Origin: a virus
Lineage: Duplodnaviria > Caudoviricetes
Reading direction: 5' to 3' (one strand)
IMG/VR virus record: IMGVR_UViG_3300029288_000063
Coordinates: 96,001-160,000 of that record
DNA: 64,000 nt
Positions 55,612-64,000 of the stretch are shown here, one piece after another. Each line of letters opens with the position of its first letter. Position 1 is the first letter of the stretch. Made by a program: the position numbers and the translations under genes. The notes under the pieces are model-generated. The model did no database searches. It was not told where the DNA came from and saw nothing but the letters and a program-made list of their open reading frames with translations.

Positions 55612-56820
55612 ATGGGTACGTATGATAAGGTCAAGAAGTTTTCGGCGTCGCGCCCGCGTTATGGTTCTAACAGCAGTACTCGTGGTATTTTCCACACCTT
55701 CAATACGGGTGACAACATCATCCGTTTGGTGGGTGAGTTCATCGAAGTGAAGACCCACTTTATCGCCCCGGTGAAGTCGCGTGGCGAGAAGGGGTTGTGT
55801 ATGCAGGATGCCTTTGAGGGCGAAGACAAGCTCCCGCAGGTCGTCAATTGTCCCGACTGGGATATTGAGAATGAGAAGCCGCGTGCGACGAAGCAGTGCC
55901 CGATTTGTGCCCTGCAACGTGCGTACAGGGAAGCATCAAAGAAGCCCGGCATTGCCCCCGAGGAAAAGGCGCGTTTCGAAGAAATGGCTGGCAAGTGTGC
56001 TGCCCGCACCGCGCTGAAGTGGAACATCATCGACCGTGAAGACCCGTATATCGTCGAATCCACGGACAAGGGTGACCGCAAGGTGCTTGGTTTCAAAATC
56101 GCCACCATCGGGATGGAAGCGTGGAATGACATCGAGGGTATCTTCACGCAGTGTGGGTTTGACATTTCCGACGCCGAACAGGGCATCGACATCAATGTGT
56201 GCCGGACGGAGGCGAAGAAGACCTCGTATTCCGCTCGTGCCGTTCTTGAGGGGTTGTCCGTCAAGAAGTCTCCGCTGACCGCCGAAGAGCTTGAATTGCA
56301 GCAGCATGACCTTCGTCGCCTGTGTGGCAAGCAGACTGACCCGCTGGCAATTCGCGATGCCCTGCACAGCGAACTGATGGAAGACCTCCGTCAGTTGGGC
56401 GGGTTGGACGACAGCGAAGGTGATGCCGGGGACGAGGAAGGCGAGGTTGAAGAGCTTCCGCGCAAGCGTCCGGAATCAACGAAGTCTGCTCCTGCGACCC
56501 CTGCTTCGAAGACTGCTTCGTTTGCGTCGAAGAAGTCGGCTGCCGCCGCCCCCACAACCAAGGAGGAATCTGCGGAAGACGAAGAACTTCCGTGGGACAA
56601 GGAAGACGAACAGGCGGACGAGGAAGGTGTTGATGAAAACACCCCCACGGAAGACGCTGATGAAGATGACAAGCCTGTTGCGGAACCCGAGGAGTCGGAA
56701 TGGCAGTGCTTTGGCACAATCGACCCCGAGCACCCAGAATGCAAGTCGTGTGAATCCCGTGTCGCCTGTGCGGAAAAGAAGGGCGTTGCCCTTCCGCCCG
56801 AGAAGAAGGTCCGGAAGTAA
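55612..56820 (+). CDS. gp32-like ssDNA-binding protein
   Basis: G.N.IRL, H, CPIC, NIIDR, G.D; acidic tail. Confidence 0.6.
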   Translation: MGTYDKVKKFSASRPRYGSNSSTRGIFHTFNTGDNIIRLVGEFIEVKTHFIAPVKSRGEKGLCMQDAFEGEDKLPQVVNCPDWDIENEKPRATKQCPICALQRAYREASKKPGIAPEEKARFEEMAGKCAARTALKWNIIDREDPYIVESTDKGDRKVLGFKIATIGMEAWNDIEGIFTQCGFDISDAEQGIDINVCRTEAKKTSYSARAVLEGLSVKKSPLTAEELELQQHDLRRLCGKQTDPLAIRDALHSELMEDLRQLGGLDDSEGDAGDEEGEVEELPRKRPESTKSAPATPASKTASFASKKSAAAAPTTKEESAEDEELPWDKEDEQADEEGVDENTPTEDADEDDKPVAEPEESEWQCFGTIDPEHPECKSCESRVACAEKKGVALPPEKKVRK

Positions 56821-56905
56821 TTTTCTATGGGGTGGGAGGTAACGCCTCCCACCCTGTGGTTCCGTCTTTTTCTTTGGTTGTCACATTTTGCTCAGGAGGG
56901 ATTGC

Positions 56906-59074
56906 ATGGCGATGGACAAGAAACGCGAAGACCGTATTCGCAAGATTTGCGAAGGCGTTCAAAAAGCGTTTGGTGGTGGTAACACTACCGATGGGAAGAT
57001 TATCACCTATTTGGGTGATGAGGAGCGTGAACCGCTGGAGCGGTTTTCGTCTGGGTGTTTCGAGCTTGATGAGGCGTTGGGTGGTGGTTGGCCGCGTGGT
57101 CGTATGATTGAGATTTACGGACCAGAATCTGGCGGAAAATGTCACGCCAAAGGAACCAAGATTTTGATGTTCGACGGATACCTCAAGAACGTAGAAGACA
57201 TCGAGGTTGGTGACTGGGTGATGGGACCGGATTCTACGCCTCGTCAGGTGCAAGCGTTGGCGCGTGGTTCTGAAATGATGTATCGCGTGACGCCACGTAA
57301 GGGACTGGACAACAGTTTTGTTGTAAACGAAAACCACGTTTTGTGCCTGAAGAACACCGAGATTGGTTCGAAGTTTGGTGAGATTGTCGACATTTCCTTG
57401 AAGGACTACATGGGGAAAAGTGACAACTTCCGTTACTACAACAAGCTGTTTCAGGTTCCGGTCGAATGGTCAGAGAAAGAGTTACCTGTAGACCCTTATT
57501 TCTTGGGTCTGTGGCTTGGTGATGGTAGTTCTGACTGTGTTCGTGTTTATACACAAGATGAGGAAGTTGTGTCGGCTCTGGAAGAGTACGGCGAAAGGAT
57601 TGGACACTCTCTTTCTGTGGTTGATGACGAGTCCGGAAGGTGTCCGGGTTACTCTCTTGTTGTTGGCAAAGGGAAGTACCAATCCGAGTTTTGCTTACAG
57701 GGTGCCTTGCGTTCTTTGGGTGTTTTGAACAACAAACACATCCCTCATATCTTCAAAACAGGAAGCCGCACACAGCGTTTGGAATTGTTGGCGGGGTTGC
57801 TGGATTCTGACGGGTATAAGGGTGCGTCAAAGTTGGTGTTTTGCAACACCAATAAAGTCCTTGCTGAAGATGTTCTATTTGTTGCTCGTTCGCTTGGTTT
57901 CTTCTGTAACCTCAAAGAGTACACGGCAAGGCTTGGCGAGTTTTCGTGTCCGGCTTACAAGGTTTACATTAACGGTGATTGTTCGGTTGTCCCGTTGCGT
58001 GTTTCCCGTAAACGTCCGTCGGAACGCGAGTCGAATAGGGACCCGTTGGTGTCGTCGTTTGAAGTTGAGTCGGTTGGTGTTGGAGAGTTTTTTGGTTTTA
58101 TTCTGGATGGTGACCATCGGTATCTGATGGGGAATTTTATCGTCCAGCACAACACCACCCTGTGTTATCATGCGGTTGCAGAGTTCCAGAAGAAATATCC
58201 GGACGAGGATATCGCGTGGGTGGATTCGGAATACGCGTTGGACCCTGAATATGCCGAGAAGATTGGCGTAGACATTTCGACGATTATCCACCACGAACCC
58301 ACAGACGGCAATCAGGCGTTTGAGGTAATTCGGCACCTGATCAAGAGCGGGGTCAAGCTGATTATTGTTGACTCTGTTGCCGCACTGTCGCCGAAAGAAG
58401 AAATTGAGGCGTCGATGGAAGACACTCAGCGTCTTGGTTCGGCAGCACGCATGATGTCGCAAGCGTTGCGTGTCTTGGTTGGCGAGGTTGGTCGTGCAGG
58501 TGTAACGATTCTCTTTACCAACCAAGTCCGTGATAAGCCGGGAGTGATGTGGGGAGAGAAAACCACTACCCCCGGTGGTCGTGCGTTGCGGTTCTACGCT
58601 TCGATTCGTGTGGATATTCGCGGCATTGGTCAGGAGAAGGATGGTGAGTTGGTCACATCCATGCACACGAAGGCGTTGTGCAAGAAGAACAAGACCGCGC
58701 CCCCACTCCGTGTTGCCAATTTCATCATTTCGTTTGGCGTTGGCGTTGACCGGATTGCCGGTATCTTCGACAAGTCTGTTGAGCGGAAGGTGATTGAAAA
58801 GGCCGGGGCTTGGTTCTCGTTTGACGGGAACCGTCTTGGTCAGGGTCGTTCCGCGTCCCTTACGCAGTTGCGTGAGAACGAGGAGCTGTTGGCTGAGGTG
58901 GAAAAGAAGCTTCTTGCCGCCCCGGCTGTTGTTGTCGAGAAGAAGTCGTCGATGAAGAAAGCCCGTGGGAAGAAGTCCTCTACGGAAGATGAGGACACAG
59001 AGCCGTCACCGGAACCCGATTTGGAAGTTGGTGGGGATGGTGCGGCGGAAGGAACCTCTGTCGATGACGCATGA
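56906..59074 (+). CDS. recA: RecA recombinase with intein
   Basis: LGGGWPRGR.IEIYGPESGGK|TT, VDSVAAL, NQVR, GGRALRFYAS. Confidence 0.95.
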   Translation: MAMDKKREDRIRKICEGVQKAFGGGNTTDGKIITYLGDEEREPLERFSSGCFELDEALGGGWPRGRMIEIYGPESGGKCHAKGTKILMFDGYLKNVEDIEVGDWVMGPDSTPRQVQALARGSEMMYRVTPRKGLDNSFVVNENHVLCLKNTEIGSKFGEIVDISLKDYMGKSDNFRYYNKLFQVPVEWSEKELPVDPYFLGLWLGDGSSDCVRVYTQDEEVVSALEEYGERIGHSLSVVDDESGRCPGYSLVVGKGKYQSEFCLQGALRSLGVLNNKHIPHIFKTGSRTQRLELLAGLLDSDGYKGASKLVFCNTNKVLAEDVLFVARSLGFFCNLKEYTARLGEFSCPAYKVYINGDCSVVPLRVSRKRPSERESNRDPLVSSFEVESVGVGEFFGFILDGDHRYLMGNFIVQHNTTLCYHAVAEFQKKYPDEDIAWVDSEYALDPEYAEKIGVDISTIIHHEPTDGNQAFEVIRHLIKSGVKLIIVDSVAALSPKEEIEASMEDTQRLGSAARMMSQALRVLVGEVGRAGVTILFTNQVRDKPGVMWGEKTTTPGGRALRFYASIRVDIRGIGQEKDGELVTSMHTKALCKKNKTAPPLRVANFIISFGVGVDRIAGIFDKSVERKVIEKAGAWFSFDGNRLGQGRSASLTQLRENEELLAEVEKKLLAAPAVVVEKKSSMKKARGKKSSTEDEDTEPSPEPDLEVGGDGAAEGTSVDDA
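57140..58153 (+). mobile_element. intein with LAGLIDADG endonuclease in the RecA P-loop
   Basis: CHAKGT..NENH..LGLWLGDG..LAGLLDSDG..QHN|T. Confidence 0.92.
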
Positions 59075-59972
59075 AAGGGCTGAAAAACTGTTGCTGATTG
59101 ACGGCAACAATCTCGCCTTTCGTGTTGCGTGGTCGCACCGCGACTTGTCGTATCAAGGTACGCCTGTCGCGGTGCTTTTTGGCTTCTTCAAAAGCCTGAT
59201 TCGCTTCAAGCGTGACTTTCAAGACTACTTCACCATTGTTGTCTGGGATGCCGGGCATGACCGACGCGACCAAGAATCGTTGCGCGGCGTGCAGGAAGGC
59301 ATTATTGATTCGGCGTATAAGGCGAATCGTCACAAGGAAGAAGAGCTGCCGCCAGAGGTGCAGAGCGTTTTAGACCAGATTTCGCAGCTTCGAGAAGAGG
59401 CGTTGCCGTTGGTGAAAGTATTGCAGGCTGAGGTTGCGGGTTGTGAAGCCGACGATGTGATTTACACCTATGCGATGAATAATATCGCCGCCGGTGGACA
59501 GACTACCATTGTGACGTCTGACAAGGACTACTACCAGTTGCTTGGTAAGGGTGTTTCCCTTTATGACGCCATGAAGGACGAAATTTGGAACCGGAAAAAG
59601 TTCGTAGAGGAGTTCGGTTTTGAACCCGAGTTGTGGGTCGACGCAGGTGCCCTGATGGGTGATAAGGGTGACAACATTCACGGGGTTCCCGGTGTTGGTC
59701 AAGTGAACGCCTGTAAGTTGATTCGTGAGTTCGGCACCTATGAAAAGGTGTTGGAGGGTCTGAAGGGGAGAACGAAGCGTGGTAAACGTGAGGAAGACAT
59801 CCTCAAGCATGAAGCCCGTGTTCGGCTGGCGTATTCCCTTAAAAAAATGGACTTGGTTCCGTTTATCCCGCGCCTGAGGTATCATGGGGTGTATGATGAG
59901 GAAAAGGTGTCCGAGCTGTTTTTGCGGTTTCGGTTTGTCAGTTTGATGAAAGACATCAAGTATTTGATTTAG
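59064..59972 (+). CDS. 5'-3' exonuclease/flap endonuclease
   Basis: IDGNN, YKANR, EADD, SDKD, GDKGDNI.GVPGVG. Confidence 0.92.
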   Translation: MTHERAEKLLLIDGNNLAFRVAWSHRDLSYQGTPVAVLFGFFKSLIRFKRDFQDYFTIVVWDAGHDRRDQESLRGVQEGIIDSAYKANRHKEEELPPEVQSVLDQISQLREEALPLVKVLQAEVAGCEADDVIYTYAMNNIAAGGQTTIVTSDKDYYQLLGKGVSLYDAMKDEIWNRKKFVEEFGFEPELWVDAGALMGDKGDNIHGVPGVGQVNACKLIREFGTYEKVLEGLKGRTKRGKREEDILKHEARVRLAYSLKKMDLVPFIPRLRYHGVYDEEKVSELFLRFRFVSLMKDIKYLI

Positions 59973-59981
59973 GGGAACAGG

Positions 59982-60539
59982 ATGAAGTTGAGGATTGGAA
60001 TTGTTGGGAGTGCCGGGACTGGGAAGTCGTCGTTAGGGATGATGCTGGCGAAAGAATTGGGTATTCCCTTTTTGCCGTCAAAGTCGATTACGACTGATAT
60101 TCTGAATCGGGATGGGTATGACCATAGTTGTGGCATTCAGGTTGAGAAGTTCCTTGCCCAAGAGGGCAGGCAGGATTCTATCCTTAAGCGTACCGTTGCT
60201 GATCAGAAGTCGTCAGATTCGTTTGTCACAGATAGGACGGTTGTGGATTTGGCGGCGTATGCGATTGCCGAGCTTCATTCCTCGGATACCAAGAAAGTCA
60301 ACTCGATAGTCGAGAATTGCAGGGCAAATATCGGACTCTATTCCCATATTGTTGTTTGCCCGTGGGGGAAAGTCCCGCTCAAAGCGAATGCTCGTCGGAC
60401 GCTCAACCCGTGGTATCAGTTCATCATTCATGGCTTGGATTTGGCTCTGATGAACATGTGGGGTGTGCAGTTTTATATCTTGTCGTCTGATTCGGAAAAA
60501 GAACGTGTTGCAGAGGTTGTGAAGTTTTTGGGGAAATAA
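59982..60539 (+). CDS. P-loop NTPase/nucleotide kinase (AAA_28-like)
   Basis: GSAGTGKS, DRT..D. Confidence 0.75.
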   Translation: MKLRIGIVGSAGTGKSSLGMMLAKELGIPFLPSKSITTDILNRDGYDHSCGIQVEKFLAQEGRQDSILKRTVADQKSSDSFVTDRTVVDLAAYAIAELHSSDTKKVNSIVENCRANIGLYSHIVVCPWGKVPLKANARRTLNPWYQFIIHGLDLALMNMWGVQFYILSSDSEKERVAEVVKFLGK

Positions 60540-60570
60540 TTCCTGTTTTTTTTATAATGGCAAACATGTA

Positions 60571-60744
60571 ATGGTTGCCGAGGATTTCATGATGTCTGCA
60601 CAGCCTTTAAGAATGCGCCGGGATTACGGCGAAGTTGAACCAAAGAAGACTTTGTGTGAAGACCAGTATTGTAAACGAATAAATCGACATGCGGTTGTTC
60701 GTGAGTTGGTTGCTGTTGCGAGGTTTTTAAGTTCTGCGAAATAA
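60571..60744 (+). CDS. 57-aa protein with VVRELVAVARFL motif
   Basis: Translated by hand; followed by hairpin. Confidence 0.4.
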   Translation: MVAEDFMMSAQPLRMRRDYGEVEPKKTLCEDQYCKRINRHAVVRELVAVARFLSSAK

Positions 60745-60836
60745 ACGAGTTATTGAAAACACACTCCCAGATAAATCTGGGAGTATGTTTTTTTTTATAG
60801 TTGTTGTTTTGTAGGTTGCTGCTTTGGAGGATAAAG

Positions 60837-61169
60837 ATGGCGAACGAATTGATAACTTGGCGTCACCAGCCACAAGACCGGCGTCCGGAGACATATCCGG
60901 GTCGTACGGATGTTCCGTCTGTTCAGTTGAACGACCACAAGACCTTTCGGGTGTATGTTGGTGTTCCCGCTGTTGATGCGAATGAGGAAATCACACGCTA
61001 CCCGCGCACCGCGAAGTTGGGACGCCTGACGGTGAACGACCAAGTCCAACCAGAACCGATTCTTGGTGATACCGTTGAAATTGATGGAAATCAGCCAGAG
61101 CTGCCCGGCGCGAAGTACGAAATTACAGAAACAACCCTTCGCCCAGATTGGCCAAGTTTGGAAAAATAA
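60837..61169 (+). CDS. hypothetical protein
   Basis: GGAGG RBS. Confidence 0.6.
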   Translation: MANELITWRHQPQDRRPETYPGRTDVPSVQLNDHKTFRVYVGVPAVDANEEITRYPRTAKLGRLTVNDQVQPEPILGDTVEIDGNQPELPGAKYEITETTLRPDWPSLEK

Positions 61170-61241
61170 TTTTTTTCTTAGAATCAGAGTTTCCAAATTC
61201 GACCTTGTGTGTATATTAAGGTCATATTTGGAGACCAAACG

Positions 61242-62162
61242 ATGTCGAAATTTTTGTTTTATACCGATTTGCATCTGTCGAATATTCCTCCCCGTCATCG
61301 TAAAGACGATTTCGGTCGCACAATCCTATCGAAGCTCGCCGAGGTTTATGACATCGGCAAACGCAACAATGTTGATTTCGCTGTGTTTGGTGGCGACTTC
61401 TTCGATGTGCATCGCATTTACAGCTACGAGTTGATTTCTGAAGCCGTGAACATCATTTCTGATTCCGGCTTTGAAACGTATGCTATTATTGGTCAACATG
61501 ACCTCAAGGGTTACAATTTGGGGACGTATTCAACGTCTGTGTTGGCGTTCCTTGAGAATCATTGTAAAAACTGGCACACAATGTACGATGAGACGGAGGT
61601 TGGTGATGTCGTCCTGTGTCCGTGCCATGCGAATGGTGATATAAACGAAGCGATGTCGAGAAAGATTGCTTCCTCAAAAGTTCCTGTTTTGGTTGCCCAT
61701 CTGCTTCTCCACGACACGAAAGCAATGTTTGATGTAATTCCCACAAGTTCAGTGGCTCATGGCCCGTATGTATTGGTATTGTCGGGCGACCTGCATTGTG
61801 GGTTCGAAGCCCACATGCACGAAGGAACTGTGTTCTGCAATCCGGGTTCTATGGCGCGGCGCACGGTTGCCGATAATCGTCCGGTTCAATGTTTGGTTGT
61901 TGATGTGACACCGCAGCGTGATGTTTCCGTGGAGACCATCGAGGTGTCGTGTGTAAAGCCTTTTGCGGACGTGTTTGATGAGTCATTTGTTGCAACTGTA
62001 AAATCTACAGCCTCGATGGATGCGTCGAGGTTTGTTGATGGTATTTTGGAAATTGAAATGGAATCAGTCGATGTCTTTGAGTTGGTGGAAAAAATAGGAC
62101 GACAAAAAGGAGTGAGGCGTGAAGTATTAGAGTTCATAAGTTCAAAACGTTGTGATACTTAA
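61242..62162 (+). CDS. Mre11/SbcD-like metallophosphoesterase
   Basis: DLH, GDFFD, GQHD, GDLH, NPGS. Confidence 0.85.
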   Translation: MSKFLFYTDLHLSNIPPRHRKDDFGRTILSKLAEVYDIGKRNNVDFAVFGGDFFDVHRIYSYELISEAVNIISDSGFETYAIIGQHDLKGYNLGTYSTSVLAFLENHCKNWHTMYDETEVGDVVLCPCHANGDINEAMSRKIASSKVPVLVAHLLLHDTKAMFDVIPTSSVAHGPYVLVLSGDLHCGFEAHMHEGTVFCNPGSMARRTVADNRPVQCLVVDVTPQRDVSVETIEVSCVKPFADVFDESFVATVKSTASMDASRFVDGILEIEMESVDVFELVEKIGRQKGVRREVLEFISSKRCDT

Positions 62163-62202
62163 ATTCCATCTGGTTGTACGTTTATGTACGGAGGACAATG
62201 CG

Positions 62203-63408
62203 ATGAGTAAGGAAGAACGTGAGTTGATGGGTTCGTTTGGTGAAATGCCCGCGTTGAAGAAGGCGCGTAAGATTGAAGGTGCGACGGCTGTTTCCGAGCC
62301 GCAGAAGAAAGCTCGCGTGGCAAAGGAAGAAGTTCCGACGCCGAAGGATGCCCCGAAGGAGGCGGCACCGAAGAAGGATGTTCCCACCCTCAAGAAGCTT
62401 GCGAAGAAGCCGTTGACTGAGCGTGAGCGGTTCGTGCGTTTGCTCTTGAAGCGTGCAGGTCTGTCCGAGCTGCCGAAGCTTGAGTCGATGTTCGACAAGG
62501 ACGCCGGAAACGCGACGAAGAAGGTGAAGGACATTGCCATCTTCATCCAGAAGGGTGAAGGTATGTTGGAGGATGTTTCCAAGGAATGCCCGCACAAGAA
62601 CGTCGTCAACCTCAGTTCGGAGGTTTTGTTTCGTCAGGTGAAGTCTGTGGCGATGGATGTTTTCCACTCCAAGCGTTTCTATCACGTTATTGAGGTTTCA
62701 AACGTTACGGATGCGCCTGAGGGCGTTCACCCCCTGCAATGTGTGAGCGGTCGTCACCGTCTTGCGTTGATTGCGCTTCTTTGGGGTTCGGACGCTGAGG
62801 TTCCAGTTCGCCTGACATCTCGCTCCATGTGTGAGTGTCGCGATTCGGTTGTGTTCGCGAACAAGTCGCGTGCGACGTCGTCTGTCGAAAAGGCGGACCT
62901 TGTCATGGTTCAGGCCGTGAATGGCGATACTGCTGCGAAGCCTGATGAGGTTTACGAGAAGGTTGTTCGCACCAAGACATCGGCAGTTGATTTTGCGTTC
63001 CACCGCGCAATCCACAACCACATCTATGGCTTCAAGTTCGAGTTTGATGTGTCGATGCGGTCGACCATTGATGATTGTATGACGATGGCGAATTCGATTA
63101 AGGGCTTCCTGAAGTCCGTTGTGACTTGGGAGCCTTCGATGACTCGCATCCAGCTCGATACCGCCGTCAAGGACGCCTTGAAGTGGCTGAACGCTCTGGC
63201 GAAGGAGTTTAACCAGACTAAGGGTTTCGTCAAGGAGCAGCAGATGGCGCAGCATCCTCTGATTGCGTATGGTGATATCTATCGTTCCAATCTGGTTGCC
63301 GGGAAAGACCCGATGGAAATTATCCCGGCGCTCGTCAAGAAGGCTGTATCGCTTGGCGACATCGGTCGCGAGAAGACGGTCAAACTGGTCAACATGCTGA
63401 CCCGCTGA
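62203..63408 (+). CDS. ParB/Srx-like domain protein
   Basis: VSGRHRL motif. Confidence 0.55.
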   Translation: MSKEERELMGSFGEMPALKKARKIEGATAVSEPQKKARVAKEEVPTPKDAPKEAAPKKDVPTLKKLAKKPLTERERFVRLLLKRAGLSELPKLESMFDKDAGNATKKVKDIAIFIQKGEGMLEDVSKECPHKNVVNLSSEVLFRQVKSVAMDVFHSKRFYHVIEVSNVTDAPEGVHPLQCVSGRHRLALIALLWGSDAEVPVRLTSRSMCECRDSVVFANKSRATSSVEKADLVMVQAVNGDTAAKPDEVYEKVVRTKTSAVDFAFHRAIHNHIYGFKFEFDVSMRSTIDDCMTMANSIKGFLKSVVTWEPSMTRIQLDTAVKDALKWLNALAKEFNQTKGFVKEQQMAQHPLIAYGDIYRSNLVAGKDPMEIIPALVKKAVSLGDIGREKTVKLVNMLTR

Positions 63409-63530
63409 TTGCGCTTGTGTTCTTCATTCTTCGTATGGGCGGCTCCTGTGTGGGGTCGCCCATATTTTGTTTCCTGATGATTGTGTTGGGGTGTGTATAA
63501 TCATTCAAACATATTTTGGAGGTTGTGGAT

Positions 63531-64000
63531 ATGAGTTTGGATGAACTTTATAAGTCGGAAAAGATTCCGTCTGAACACAAGCTGAAAATCGTAAAAAATG
63601 TTGTCCTTGTTACTCCCTCGAAAGACTTTGATGTGTCGCCCCTGTTGCCTGTTCTTGGTTTGGATAGGCGAGAGGTCTGTGTGACATATGTCGGAAAAAC
63701 AGAAGACCCGGCGTTCCTTTTCCGTGAGCTGCAAGCGATTGATGCCAAACTTGTTATAAGTGTTGGAGAGTCCGGCTCGCGCCGGTATCCTGCATTCATA
63801 TCGGAAGATGGTACGTCTATGTCGCCCGGCTTGTTGGCGTCTGTGCGTGATGCCGTTAGTGCGGATTGGTTTGTCAACCTGCACCACCACGACGAGTTCT
63901 CAGTACGTGACGGTTTGGGGACGGTTTACGGTCTTATGAAGTTGCTGAAAGCGCGTGGGAGCAATTTCTGTGTCGTGACGAACCACGGACACCTTGGTGG
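63531..64000 (+). CDS. dnaE: DNA polymerase III alpha, 3'-truncated by window
   Basis: FVNLHHHDEFSVRDG..TNHG PHP-domain start. Confidence 0.8.
   Translation, partial: MSLDELYKSEKIPSEHKLKIVKNVVLVTPSKDFDVSPLLPVLGLDRREVCVTYVGKTEDPAFLFRELQAIDAKLVISVGESGSRRYPAFISEDGTSMSPGLLASVRDAVSADWFVNLHHHDEFSVRDGLGTVYGLMKLLKARGSNFCVVTNHGHLG

Overview
This is a 64-kb segment of a large dsDNA tailed bacteriophage, almost entirely coded on the + strand; an overlapping spanin pair suggests a diderm host. It has three zones. (1) 1-9.8 kb, head module: prohead-protease-like gene, acidic scaffold/internal proteins, decoration protein, major capsid protein, and an HTH-LAGLIDADG-DNA methyltransferase fusion. (2) 9.8-40.6 kb, translation-takeover island: about 56 tRNA genes covering all 20 amino acids, an amber-anticodon tRNA, tmRNA, two Pth2-like hydrolases, an RNA ligase, eight YrlA-like Y RNAs and a miniature, apparently circularly permuted RNase P RNA. 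(3) 40.8-64 kb, lysis/replication: spanins, SNF2, DnaB, primase, sigma factor, a split Hel308-like helicase, intein-bearing UDG and RecA, flap exonuclease, Mre11-like nuclease and the start of DnaE. The most striking observation is that the tRNA genes fall into two blocks with non-overlapping amino-acid sets. Each block is headed by a near-identical promoter, a short leader ORF, mutually exclusive antiterminator/terminator hairpins and a boxA. Each leader core uses almost only codons read by the tRNAs of its own block, which suggests attenuators that sense the tRNA pool. Also notable are endonuclease cassettes that split a tRNA gene at the anticodon while carrying a divergent replacement tRNA, a Pth gene with an amber third codon, and a mini-protein built from permuted capsid fragments. 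All calls were made by eye; no database searches or folding programs were run.
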